From the NCBI GenBank assembly GCA_965225945.1, contig CBDDBZ010000033.1, positions 224,001 through 288,000 of the forward strand: 64,000 nt of DNA, in the 5' to 3' direction. This DNA comes from Alphaproteobacteria bacterium. GTDB lineage: Bacteria; Pseudomonadota; Alphaproteobacteria; GCA-2731375. The notes below the pieces were generated by a model. The model was not told where the DNA came from. It saw only the letters and a list, made by a program, of their open reading frames with translations, and made no database searches. A program made the position numbers and the translations under genes. The stretch's first letter is position 1, and each line of letters begins with the position of its first letter. This document shows, piece after piece, positions 54,062 to 63,399 of the stretch.

Positions 54062-55549
54062 ATGGCGAGGGCGGACGGGCAATACGACGTGGTCGTGGTC
54101 GGCGGCGGCAATGCCGCCTTCTCGGCCGCGCTGGCGGCCCAGGAACGCGGCGCCCGAGTGGCGGTGCTGGAACGCGCGCCCGAGGAGGAAAGCGGCGGCA
54201 ACAGCCGATTTACCGCCGGCGCCATTCGCTTCGCCTACCGGAGCGTCGAGGACATCCAGCAGCTCACCGAACTGACCGAGGAGGAGGTCGCCACCACCGA
54301 CTTCGGCACCTACACCGAGGATCAGTTCTTCGACGACATGTTCCGCGTGACCAAGTACCGCGCCGATCCGGACCTGGTCGAGATCCTGGTCAGGCGGAGC
54401 TTCGAGACCATGGTGTGGATGCATGGCAACGGCATCCGCTTCGTGCCGATCTACGGCCGGCAAGCCTTCAAGGTGGACGGCAGGTTCAAGTTCTGGGGCG
54501 GGTTGGCGCTGGAGACCTGGGGCGGCGGTCCGGGCCTGGTGGACTCCGAGACCAAAATCGCCACGGAGCGCGGCATCGACGTGCTCTATCGCTGTCGCGC
54601 GCTCGAGCTGCTGCAGGACGGCGACCGGGTCCATGGCGTCAAGGTGCGCCACGCCGGCGAGCGCTATGAAATCCAAGCCCGCTCGGTCGTCCTGGCGAGC
54701 GGCGGCTTCCAGGCCGACCCCGAGATGCGGACCCGCTACCTGGGACCGGGGTGGGAACTCGCCAAGGTCCGCGGCACCCGCTTCAACACCGGCGACGGCA
54801 TCAAGATGGCGCTCGACGTCGGCGCCGCGGCGCGCGGCAACTGGTCCGGCTGTCACGCCGTCGGCTGGGACTTCAATGCGCCGGAATTCGGCGACCTCGC
54901 GGTCGGCGACGGCTTCCAGAAGCACTCCTATCCCTTCGGCATCATGGTGAACGCCACCGGCCGGCGCTTCCTCGACGAGGGCGCGGATTTCCGCAACTAC
55001 ACCTACGCCAAATACGGCCGGGTGATCCTGGAGCAGCCAGACAATTTCGCCTGGCAGATTTTCGACAAGAAGGTGCTGCACCTCCTGCGCGACGAATACC
55101 GGATCCGTCAGGTGACCAAGGTCTCGGCCGAGAGCCTGGAGGAGCTGGCGGGCAAGCTGGAAGGGGTCGACCGACAAGACTTCCTCGACGAGATCGCCAA
55201 TTACAACGCCGCCGTCCGCACCGACATCGGCTTCGATCCGAACGTCAAGGACGGGCGGGGGACGCAAGGCCTAGCCCTCGACAAGACCAACTGGGCCAAC
55301 ACCATCGAGGAGCCGCCCTACGAAGCCTATCAGGTCGGCTGCGGCATCACCTTCACCTTCGGCGGCTTGCGGATCGACACCCAGGCCCAGGTTCTCGACA
55401 CCGACCTGGAGCCGATACCCGGGCTCTTCGCGGCCGGCGAGTTGGTGGGCGGCCTGTTCTATTTCAACTACCCCGGCGGCAGCGGGTTGATATCGGGCTC
55501 GGTGTTCGGACGATTGGCCGGCACCTCGGCCGCTGGCGGCAACGAATAA
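54062..55549 (+). CDS. tcuA: FAD-dependent tricarballylate dehydrogenase-like flavoprotein
   Basis: VGGGNAA, GGNSRFT, RFLDEG, GITFTFGG, NYPGGSGL. Confidence 0.8.
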   Translation: MARADGQYDVVVVGGGNAAFSAALAAQERGARVAVLERAPEEESGGNSRFTAGAIRFAYRSVEDIQQLTELTEEEVATTDFGTYTEDQFFDDMFRVTKYRADPDLVEILVRRSFETMVWMHGNGIRFVPIYGRQAFKVDGRFKFWGGLALETWGGGPGLVDSETKIATERGIDVLYRCRALELLQDGDRVHGVKVRHAGERYEIQARSVVLASGGFQADPEMRTRYLGPGWELAKVRGTRFNTGDGIKMALDVGAAARGNWSGCHAVGWDFNAPEFGDLAVGDGFQKHSYPFGIMVNATGRRFLDEGADFRNYTYAKYGRVILEQPDNFAWQIFDKKVLHLLRDEYRIRQVTKVSAESLEELAGKLEGVDRQDFLDEIANYNAAVRTDIGFDPNVKDGRGTQGLALDKTNWANTIEEPPYEAYQVGCGITFTFGGLRIDTQAQVLDTDLEPIPGLFAAGELVGGLFYFNYPGGSGLISGSVFGRLAGTSAAGGNE

Positions 55550-55590
55550 TACCGGTGAGCCTATGAGCTGACCTGTCCGCCACAACGGAT

Positions 55591-55699
55591 GTCATCGCGA
55601 GCGAAGCGTGGCGATCCAGAGCCACGCGAAAGATGTCGACGTATCCGGGCGGCTTCGAAGCCGCCTGGATTGCCACGGTGCGCAGCACCTCGCGATGAC
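55591..55699. repeat. REP-like palindromic element
   Basis: GTCATCGCGAG..CGTGGCGATCCAG / CTGGATTGCCACG..CTCGCGATGAC inverted arms. Confidence 0.7.
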
Positions 55700-55792
55700 G
55701 GCTTTGCGGCGCGCAGCACCTCGCGATTGACGGCGGTGCGAGCTGCCGGCGAGGAGTCGAATCATCGGATCGACACTATGATGGTACCAGCC

Positions 55793-56110
55793 CTTCTCAC
55801 CTTCGATGGTGAGCGAGGTGCCGGGGGCTGTAAAGGTTGAGCCTTCGGCTCCCCGCTACGCGGCTTCGACCTTGACAGCCCCCGTCCCCTCACTCCCACG
55901 CTCCGCCATGAGAAGTATTGGGGAGAGGAGGCCATCGTGTTCCCTCGACGTCGATCCCGCCGGATAACCGCTATCGCATATCCTTTCCTTACCCCCGCTC
56001 CACGCCATTAGTTGGCATGGCGGAGCAGGAAAGGTGAGCGACGCCGCCAGTCAAGGCCGGAGCCGCGCAGCGGTGGCCCGTAGGGCCAGCCTTTACTTGC
56101 GGCGGCGCCC
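55793..56110. other. Two branched (Y-shaped) hairpins
   Basis: Long stems with AAGG/CCTT cores, each enclosing two 3-nt-loop mini-hairpins. Confidence 0.55.
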
Positions 56111-56389
56111 GACGGATCATCGAGTCTGCCATCGAGGGCGGAAATACGAGCACCTTTGCGAAGCGAAAAAGACCCCCGGACACGCGAGCCTTCTTCCCCT
56201 CCGAATGGCGCTACGACCCGCGCATCGCGGGACCGGTTTACTCTCTCGCGGCCGCGCCAAAACGTCAAAGTGCCGGGCGCGCGGCCCTGGCTCGCCACGC
56301 CTCGCCCGGCCCGACGACTCGTGCGGCCGATGGCTCCGTTCATAGGCTCGCCGGTATGATACCAACCGACGTAAGTCCCGACCGCGACG

Positions 56390-56908
56390 TCAGATCCGCT
56401 TTTCCCTCGGGTTGAAGATCTGCGGCGGCGCCTGTGGTCGCTTCAGGGGTGGCATCGGCGGCGGGCGAATTTCGACGTTGAGATCGCCGAGATCCTCCAG
56501 GCTCTTCTTGAAGAAGGGCCTGGTGATGACGATACCGACGCGGCGGCGGACCGCCTCGTCCACCGCATCCTCCAGCTTCTCGGCGAGCTTCAGGTTCCAC
56601 GGCACGACATAGGCGCGCGGCTCGATCGAACCGTCGAGGCGGAGCCAGAGATAGATCGCCTTGCCCTCGTCGAGGCTGACGCCCAGCAGCGCCGCGCTCT
56701 CGACGTGGCGCTCGTACCACTCGAAGCTGGCGGGCTTGGGCTTGCCCAGGACCTCGACGATCTGGGCATAGACCACCGGCAGGAACAGCGCGGTAACGGC
56801 GGTGGCGAGGATGCGGATGCGCGCCCGGCGCGGCGCCCAGATCGCGAAGGCGGCGAGGGCCGCGGCGAGGGCCGTCGCGGCGGCGAATACATAGAAGAGA
56901 ATGCTCAT
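56390..56908 (-). CDS. Hypothetical 2-TM membrane protein with a Pro-rich C-terminus
   Basis: ATG 2 nt after the upstream stop; GGAG RBS; two hydrophobic helices. Confidence 0.8.
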   Translation of the reverse strand: MSILFYVFAAATALAAALAAFAIWAPRRARIRILATAVTALFLPVVYAQIVEVLGKPKPASFEWYERHVESAALLGVSLDEGKAIYLWLRLDGSIEPRAYVVPWNLKLAEKLEDAVDEAVRRRVGIVITRPFFKKSLEDLGDLNVEIRPPPMPPLKRPQAPPQIFNPREKRI

Positions 56909-56910
56909 AC

Positions 56911-57507
56911 CTATCTCCCGGTGATCAGCGGGCGGCGCAGCGTGCTGACGCTGCCCTCGACCAGTTCACCCTCGCTCGTCAGGCGAAAGCGGAACGCCGT
57001 CTCCTCCTGACCGTGGCGCTCCAGTTTCACCGTGGTGGCGAGAAGTTGGCGCGTGTCCTCGAGCCACTTCTTGACGCTCACGACGATGCTGACGGGCACC
57101 GTATCACCCTTCGAGAGCGGCCCGTACATGTGCACGTTGATGATATATTCGCCCGGCGGAATGCCCCGGCTGTAGCTGACCTCGTAGTTGCGGTCGGTGG
57201 CGTCGCCCTCGATCCCGAGGTCGTCGCGCAGCAGGTTGAAGGTCTGCCCCCCCTGGTTCCAATAGCCCACCGGGACCTCACGCGGCGCCTTTACCCAGAG
57301 ATCGACGTCGACCGGCAGATCGTTGGGCCATTGCATCTCGACGATGACGTTGCCGGGCGCCCTGTGCTCGTCGGTCTCGGTCTTCACCGGGCGGACGTGG
57401 GGCAGCAGCATGATCACCATGGCGACGAAGCCGATCAACGCCAGCAGGATGACGTCGCGAAAGACGGTGCCCCAGCTTTCCTCGTCGAGCGGATCAAGAC
57501 CCTGCAC
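56911..57507 (-). CDS. Single-TM MotB/ExbD-like protein with a YfaP/DUF2135-like periplasmic domain
   Basis: FRDVILLALIGF (Asp at start of TM); W...VDVDLWV..P, LRDD.G, NYE, PGEYIINVH.Y. Confidence 0.7.
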   Translation of the reverse strand: MQGLDPLDEESWGTVFRDVILLALIGFVAMVIMLLPHVRPVKTETDEHRAPGNVIVEMQWPNDLPVDVDLWVKAPREVPVGYWNQGGQTFNLLRDDLGIEGDATDRNYEVSYSRGIPPGEYIINVHMYGPLSKGDTVPVSIVVSVKKWLEDTRQLLATTVKLERHGQEETAFRFRLTSEGELVEGSVSTLRRPLITGR

Positions 57508-58120
57508 GACGCTCCCCCAATTCCATCGCCCCGGCGATGAGGTCGACCGTGCCGCTCACCAGGATTCGATAGTTGAGGGTGAGCCAGATGTAGAGCACGG
57601 CGCCGGTGAGCGTGGTGTGCAGCGCCACCGACATGCCGTTGATCAAGGTCGCCACCATCGAGGAGACGTTCTCGACGTCCCCCGCCGCTTTCGGATCGAC
57701 GCCGGAGAGCGCGACGATGAAGCCGATCACCGTGCCCACCAGGCCGAGGAAGATCAGGGCGTTGGCGATATCGCGAATGCCGACGATGCGGTCCGTCAAA
57801 CGCAGGCGAAGCGCCGCCGCCATGGTGGCGCGGCCCTCGGACTCCGCGCCCTGGAGCTGGGCCAGATAGCGACCGGCCCAACTTTCCGGGTCCGGCGCGG
57901 CGGCCAGCACCGCGTCGAGGTCGGCACTGTGGCGCCACACCCGGAACCCGCAGAGGCAGAGGCCATAAAGGAACACGAGGACGATCAGAGCCGAGAGTTC
58001 CCGGAGATGGCCGTATATCAGGCCGTCGAGCCAGCCTTGCAGGAAGGCCGCCACGACCAGTGCCGTCGCGACGATGTTGACCAGCAGAAAGCGGACGAAC
58101 AGCAGATATCGATGTTGCAA
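57494..58120 (-). CDS. MotA/TolQ/ExbB proton channel family protein
   Basis: LGLVGTVIGFIVAL and GMSVALHTTLTG; GAGGGG RBS before TTG. Confidence 0.88.
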   Translation of the reverse strand: MQHRYLLFVRFLLVNIVATALVVAAFLQGWLDGLIYGHLRELSALIVLVFLYGLCLCGFRVWRHSADLDAVLAAAPDPESWAGRYLAQLQGAESEGRATMAAALRLRLTDRIVGIRDIANALIFLGLVGTVIGFIVALSGVDPKAAGDVENVSSMVATLINGMSVALHTTLTGAVLYIWLTLNYRILVSGTVDLIAGAMELGERRAGS

Positions 58121-58177
58121 GCGGCGGTCCCCTCGATGCGGTCGGCTTTCCGCCGCCCCGGCTCCGAAGGCGACAGT

Positions 58178-58447
58178 CTATTGGATAGAATCCAACATAT
58201 GGTACCCCTACGACGGTTTCCCGAGCTCGTCCGGAAAGGCGCCTGGTGCGCCGTGATGGGAGCGCATCACAAGCGCCGGTCAACGCGTCCGGCGGGCTCG
58301 GGAAGCCGCCCTTCGGGTCCCCTATCCTGGCTTCTCGGGGCGTCGGGCACCCTTGACGATGTGCCGGCATCGCCGGCGGGCGCCCTCCTGGCGAGAAACC
58401 AGGATAGGGGATCGTAGGGGTACCATATGTTGGATTCTATCCACTAG
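58178..58447. other. Highly structured non-coding element (MITE or ncRNA) closed by a perfect 32-bp inverted repeat
   Basis: 58182-58213 is the exact reverse complement of 58412-58443; internal stems 58214-58235/58288-58308 and 58318-58337/58392-58411. Confidence 0.8.
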
Positions 58448-58548
58448 CACCGCGCGCGCGATCCGGCCGATCACGTTGGCGCGCCGAGCACCCGGCATGG
58501 CGGACGGGTAACACTTGCCCGAAAATTCGCCTCGGCGCGCGGTTCCGC

Positions 58549-58576
58549 TTCGAATTCGCGAAGCTTGCTGTATAAC
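58549..58576 (+). promoter_or_regulatory. Possible sigma70-type promoter upstream of the repeat array
   Basis: TTCGAA-N16-TATAAC immediately before the first repeat unit. Confidence 0.3.
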
Positions 58577-59099
58577 TCTACGAAGCGCGGGAGTGGTCTA
58601 CGAAGCGCTCTACGAAGCGCGGGAGTGGTCTACGAAGCGCGGGAGTGGTCTACGAAGCGCGGGAGTGGTCTACGAAGCGCGGGAGTGGTCTACGAAGCGC
58701 GGGAGTGGTCTACGAAGCGCGGGAGTGGTCTACGAAGCGCGGGAGTGGTCTACGAAGCGCGGGAGTGGTCTACGAAGCGCGGGAGTGGTCTACGAAGCGC
58801 GGGAGTGGTCTACGAAGCGCGGGAGTGGTCTACGAAGCGCGGGAGTGGTCTACGAAGCGCGGGAGTGGTCTACGAAGCGCGGGAGTGGTCTACGAAGCGC
58901 GGGAGTGGTCTACGAAGCGCGGGAGTGGTCTACGAAGCGCGGGAGTGGTCTACGAAGCGCGGGAGTGGTCTACGAAGCGCGGGAGTGGTCTACGAAGCGC
59001 GGGAGTGGTCTACGAAGCGCGGGAGTGGTCTACGAAGCGCGGGAGTGGTCTACGAAGCGCGGGAGTGGTCTACGAAGCCGGGAGTGGTCTACGAAGCGC
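58577..59099. repeat. 20-bp tandem repeat array (TCTACGAAGCGCGGGAGTGG), about 26 copies
   Basis: One unit, a 12-nt partial, 23 perfect units (58609-59068), a 19-nt variant and a 12-nt partial; no spacers. Confidence 0.97.
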
Positions 59100-59515
59100 T
59101 GCGATTTGTCGGACTTTTGGCCGTGTTGATCTTGGCGGGATGCGCCAACAAGGTGATGCCCTTATACATCGGTGGCACGCTGGAGGTGCCGATGCAGCAT
59201 TTGGGTGTGGCGCATGGCGCCTACGACGCCGATTTTGGGCAGCGCGTCTTCGTCTTCGCCAAATCCGACTTCGGCTGGGGGGCCCGGTCGGAGAATACCA
59301 ACTACTACGCCATCGGCCCGACCGAAAAACACTATTCCGAGGTCAAGGGCAGCTTTTCGAACTGCGAATATGCCCTTTACGCCAAGCCGAACACACCCAG
59401 GCCAGTCGGACCCGGGGATTGGGAGGTCGTCAGCTACCAGCAGCTCGATTCCCAGGTCTGCGAGCGCCTGCCGGTGCCGAGCGCCGTGGTCGCGCGCTGG
59501 TTCCCGATCCCCTAG
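59084..59515 (+). CDS. Hypothetical lipoprotein; start uncertain (GTG inside the last repeat unit)
   Basis: VYEALRFVGLLAVLILAGC signal peptide and lipobox followed by a globular region. Confidence 0.7.
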   Translation: MVYEALRFVGLLAVLILAGCANKVMPLYIGGTLEVPMQHLGVAHGAYDADFGQRVFVFAKSDFGWGARSENTNYYAIGPTEKHYSEVKGSFSNCEYALYAKPNTPRPVGPGDWEVVSYQQLDSQVCERLPVPSAVVARWFPIP

Positions 59516-59828
59516 CGCAATATCCGCACGGATGCTGCTCTAGCACCACCTGCAACGCGAATTGCGCGACGGGGCCGCCCATGGCGGCCCTCGTCGTCAG
59601 GGCATGATTCGCTCACGCGGATCGCCCGACCACCGCGGGGGCACGCGAGCAATTCGCCACGGCTCGAGGGGGCTTCTCACGAGGATCGCCCCGCATCGTG
59701 AGCAATCGTGATCGCTGTCGGGCGCGGCGGTGATGGCGATCGCCTCGACGACGCCTCGGGCAATGTTTTGCGGTAATCTCGGCAAGGCCGGGCACGCCCG
59801 AGCGGACGAGAGGGAAGGAAAACACATC

Positions 59829-61010
59829 ATGTCGGACACCGGGCCACTTTCACGCTTCACCGTGATCGATCTGACGCGCGCGCGCGCGGGGCCGACCGCC
59901 GTCCGGCAACTCGCCGATTGGGGCGCCAAGGTGGTCAAGATCGAGATGCCACCCGAGGCTGGCGGCGATACGCTCGGTGGCGATCGCGATAGCTTCGATT
60001 TCCAGAACCTGCATCGCAACAAGCGCGCCATGACACTCGACATGAAGGACCCGCGCGGTCGCGACCTGCTGCTCGCCATGGCCCGCGAGGCCGATGTCCT
60101 GGTGGAGAACTTCCGCCCCCGGGTCAAGCATCGCCTGGGAATCGACTATGAGACCATCGCCGAGATCAATCCGCGCATCGTCTATGGGTCGATCTCCGGA
60201 TTCGGCCAGCAAGGTCCCTATGCCGAGCGCCCTGGGCTCGATCAGATCGCCCAAGGGCTGGGCGGCCTGATGTCGGTGACCGGGCTGCCCGGACAGGGCC
60301 CGCTCCGAGTCGGCATCCCGATCGCCGACCTCTCCGCCGGCTTCAATCTGGCCATGGGTATCCTCATCGCGCTCTTGGAGCGCGAGAGCTCCGGCCAGGG
60401 ACAGTGGGTCACGAGCTCCCTGCTGGAGGCCCAGATCACGATGATGGATCTGCAGGCCGCGCGCTATCTGATCCGGGGCGAGGTGCCGGGACAGGCCGGC
60501 AACAACCACCCGGTGCACACACCGACCGGGGTTTTCGAGACCCGTGACGGCGCGATCAACATCCAAGCGAGCGCCCAGCACCTCTTCAAGCGGCTATGCG
60601 AGGCGCTCGGCGCGCCGGAGATCTACGATGATCCGAACTACGCCGACGGTCCGGGTCGCACGGCGCGTCGCGATGAATTGAACGAGGCGATCACCGCCTA
60701 TACGCGCCGACGCGGCACCGATGAATGGATCGAATTCCTGGCCGAGGCGGGCGTCCCTTGCGGGCCGATCTACAGCCTCGATGAGACCTTCGCCGACCCT
60801 CAGGTCCAGACCTTGGCCATGGCGCCCGAGGTGGTTCATCCCAGGCTCGGTGTCCAGCGGCTCGTCGGCCAAGCGGTCAAGCTGTCGCGGACCCCGATGC
60901 AAATGCGCGAGGCGACGCCGGAACTCGGCGCCGACACCGACGCGATCCTGGGCGAGCTCGGCCTCGGTCCCGACGAGATCGCCGCGTTACGCGCGGACGG
61001 CGTGGTCTGA
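59829..61010 (+). CDS. CoA-transferase family III (CaiB/BaiF)
   Basis: AGP...LADWGA.V.KIE, RNKR, ENFRP, SISGFGQ.GPY. Confidence 0.94.
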   Translation: MSDTGPLSRFTVIDLTRARAGPTAVRQLADWGAKVVKIEMPPEAGGDTLGGDRDSFDFQNLHRNKRAMTLDMKDPRGRDLLLAMAREADVLVENFRPRVKHRLGIDYETIAEINPRIVYGSISGFGQQGPYAERPGLDQIAQGLGGLMSVTGLPGQGPLRVGIPIADLSAGFNLAMGILIALLERESSGQGQWVTSSLLEAQITMMDLQAARYLIRGEVPGQAGNNHPVHTPTGVFETRDGAINIQASAQHLFKRLCEALGAPEIYDDPNYADGPGRTARRDELNEAITAYTRRRGTDEWIEFLAEAGVPCGPIYSLDETFADPQVQTLAMAPEVVHPRLGVQRLVGQAVKLSRTPMQMREATPELGADTDAILGELGLGPDEIAALRADGVV

Positions 61011-61217
61011 GTGCAATGAGATAAATTGCGACTCGCCGGCCGACCCGCGCCTTCCCAGCCCCCGGAATTGGTGCCCTCGGGGGGTGGTTGGGCCGGGGGA
61101 GCGGGCGGTCAGGGTCCGATCCGCCAGCTGCGTTCGAACCTAGCGCGGGAACGATGATATACTCCGCGCGGTCGAAGCATGGAGGCGCCCGGGCGGCGCG
61201 CCGGAACGAAGGCCGGA

Positions 61218-62621
61218 ATGAAGGACAGTTACGATCTAATCGTCATCGGGGCCGGTCCGGCAGGCGAGAAAGGGGCGGCGCAGGCGGCCTATTTCGGCAA
61301 GTCGGTGGCACTTGTCGAGATGGCTGAGGTGCCCGGCGGCGCCGGCGTGAACAGCGGCACGCTGCCGTCCAAGACACTCCGCGAAACCGCCTTGCACCTC
61401 ACGGGCTTTCGCCATCGGGGCCTCTACGGTGTCGACATGCGCTTGCGCCGCGAGGTCGAGGCGCGGGACTTCCTGCATCGCGCGCCGCGCGTGGCACGGG
61501 CCGAACATCGTCGGATCGCCGACAATCTGGCGCGCCACGGTATCGATACGGTGCGAGGCCGCGCTCGCTTCGTCGAGCCGCATGTCATCGAGGTCTCCCG
61601 CGACGCGGAACCGGGACTGCGTCTCGGGGGCGAGGTGTTCCTGATCGCCACCGGTTCCTCGCCGCGGCGACCCACCGACCTGCCCTTCGAGGATTCCAGG
61701 ATCTATGATTCCGATACCATTCTCGACATCGACAAGCTGCCCGAGCGGCTGCTGGTCGTCGGTGGCGGCGTGGTCGGCGCGGAATACGCCTGCATGTTCG
61801 CCGCGCTCGATATTCAGGTCCATCTGGTGGATGGCCGCGACCGTCTGCTCGGCTTCATGGACGACGAGATCTCGGCGGTGCTGGCCCGCGAGATGATCGG
61901 AATGGGTGTGGAACTGCTGCTCAAGCAAAAGGTCGAAGCGGTGGAGACCGGGGACGTGCTCACGGTGAGGCTCGCCTCGGGCCGACGGTTCGAAGTCGAC
62001 GCGTTGTTGGCCGCGACCGGGCGCCTCGGGAACAGCGCCGACATGGGTCTGGAGGATGTCGGGATAGATGTCGGACCGCGCGGCCATATCGAGGTCGACG
62101 ACTGCTTCCGCACCAGCCTATCCCATGTCCACGCCGTGGGCGACGTCATCGGCTTCCCGGCGCTCGCCTCCACGTCCATGGAGCAGGCGCGAGTCGCCAT
62201 GGTTCATGCCTTCGACCTCGGCTACAAGACCGCCCTCGCCGCCATCTTGCCGTTCGGGATCTACACCATTCCCGAATGCTCCATGGCCGGGGCGACGGAA
62301 GAGAGCCTGATCGAGGCGAACGTCGACTACGTCGCCGGCCGGGCCCGCTTTGCCGACAACGCCCGGGGCCGGATCGTGGGCGACGACAGCGGCTTCCTGA
62401 AGCTGCTGTTCGAGACCGACTCGATGCGGCTCCTAGGCGTCCACGTGATCGGCGAGCAGGCGAGCGAACTCGTCCATATTGGCCTGACGGCGCTGCTGTG
62501 CGAGGCGAAGGCCGAGCTCTTCATTCAGACCTGTTACAATCATCCGACGCTGTCGGAGGTCTATAAATACGCCGCCTACGATGCCATCGGCGAACGCGAC
62601 CGCCGCCGACCGAGCGGTTAG
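61218..62621 (+). CDS. sthA: Soluble pyridine nucleotide transhydrogenase
   Basis: GAGPAGEKGA, GTLPSKTLRE, GDVIGFPALASTSMEQ, GIYTIPE, N.PTLSE.YK. Confidence 0.88.
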   Translation: MKDSYDLIVIGAGPAGEKGAAQAAYFGKSVALVEMAEVPGGAGVNSGTLPSKTLRETALHLTGFRHRGLYGVDMRLRREVEARDFLHRAPRVARAEHRRIADNLARHGIDTVRGRARFVEPHVIEVSRDAEPGLRLGGEVFLIATGSSPRRPTDLPFEDSRIYDSDTILDIDKLPERLLVVGGGVVGAEYACMFAALDIQVHLVDGRDRLLGFMDDEISAVLAREMIGMGVELLLKQKVEAVETGDVLTVRLASGRRFEVDALLAATGRLGNSADMGLEDVGIDVGPRGHIEVDDCFRTSLSHVHAVGDVIGFPALASTSMEQARVAMVHAFDLGYKTALAAILPFGIYTIPECSMAGATEESLIEANVDYVAGRARFADNARGRIVGDDSGFLKLLFETDSMRLLGVHVIGEQASELVHIGLTALLCEAKAELFIQTCYNHPTLSEVYKYAAYDAIGERDRRRPSG

Positions 62622-62712
62622 CGGCAAGGGCGACGTGCGGCCTATCGCGCCGCGATGCCGGACATGGACGGCTGATCGACTCGTTGAGACAGTGCCGAGA
62701 GAGCAAAGCGCG

Positions 62713-63108
62713 ATGTCCTTGCCGATCCATCACATGGTAGCGGGTGGCCCCAGGCCGGTCGCCCCGTTTTCGCATGCCGTGGAGGCCGACGGCTGGATAT
62801 TTCTGACCGGTCAAGTGCCGAGCGACCCGGCGGCTCCCGACGCGTCCTTGCCGCCGGGCGTGGCGGCGCAGACGCGACGGGTGATGGAGAATCTACGGCT
62901 GGTTTTGGGAGGGCTCGGCTTGGATTTCGCCAATGTCACCGTCGCGAGAGTCTATCTCACCGATTTCAAGCGCGATTACGCAGGTATGAACGGGGTCTAC
63001 CAGTCCTATTTCGAAGCGGACAAGCTGCCGGCGCGGACTTGCGTAGGCGTCACCGGACTGGCGCTCGACGCCTTGGTCGAAATCGATCTCGTGGCCAGGC
63101 GGCCGTAG
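62713..63108 (+). CDS. RidA/YjgF family protein
   Basis: PFSHAV, TGQ, MN.VY..YF, PARTCVGV, VEID. Confidence 0.92.
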   Translation: MSLPIHHMVAGGPRPVAPFSHAVEADGWIFLTGQVPSDPAAPDASLPPGVAAQTRRVMENLRLVLGGLGLDFANVTVARVYLTDFKRDYAGMNGVYQSYFEADKLPARTCVGVTGLALDALVEIDLVARRP

Positions 63109-63194
63109 GAAGCGAACCGCGGTCTCGATGATTGCGGTTTCGCGATCACCGGGCCCCATGAGGATGGTCTGGAGGCCAACGGCGATACGGCGCT

Positions 63195-63271
63195 TGGCGA
63201 CCCCGGCAGGATTCGAACCCGCGACCTGTGGAGTAGAAATCCACTGCTCTATCCAGCTGAGCTACGGGGCC
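63195..63271 (-). tRNA. tRNA-Arg(TCT)
   Basis: GGCCCCGTAGCTCAGCTGGATAGAGC...TTTCTAC...GGTTCGAATCC...CCA. Confidence 0.96.
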
Positions 63272-63399
63272 TCCGGACGCCTCGGAATACACCCTGAAAA
63301 TATCGTATACATTGGTTTAAATATGACAATCAAGTTATTGAAAAATAGTTGTTCTTCGATATTCAACTTTCACCTCGCCGAGCTTGCGGCTCTGGCCCG

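Noticed and set aside
56390-58120. Zorya defence system, flagellar stator or Tol/Ton system
   Set aside because: No long ZorA tail, no OmpA-like domain, and no zorC/D/E, tonB, tolAB or flagellar genes adjacent.
58577-59099. CRISPR array
   Set aside because: Units are contiguous and identical with no spacers; no cas genes in the window.
58515-59607. Three long repeat-encoded ORFs as real proteins
   Set aside because: They arise because the 20-mer lacks stops; only the non-repetitive lipoprotein part looks like a protein. No reverse transcriptase is nearby to suggest a rolling-circle cDNA product.
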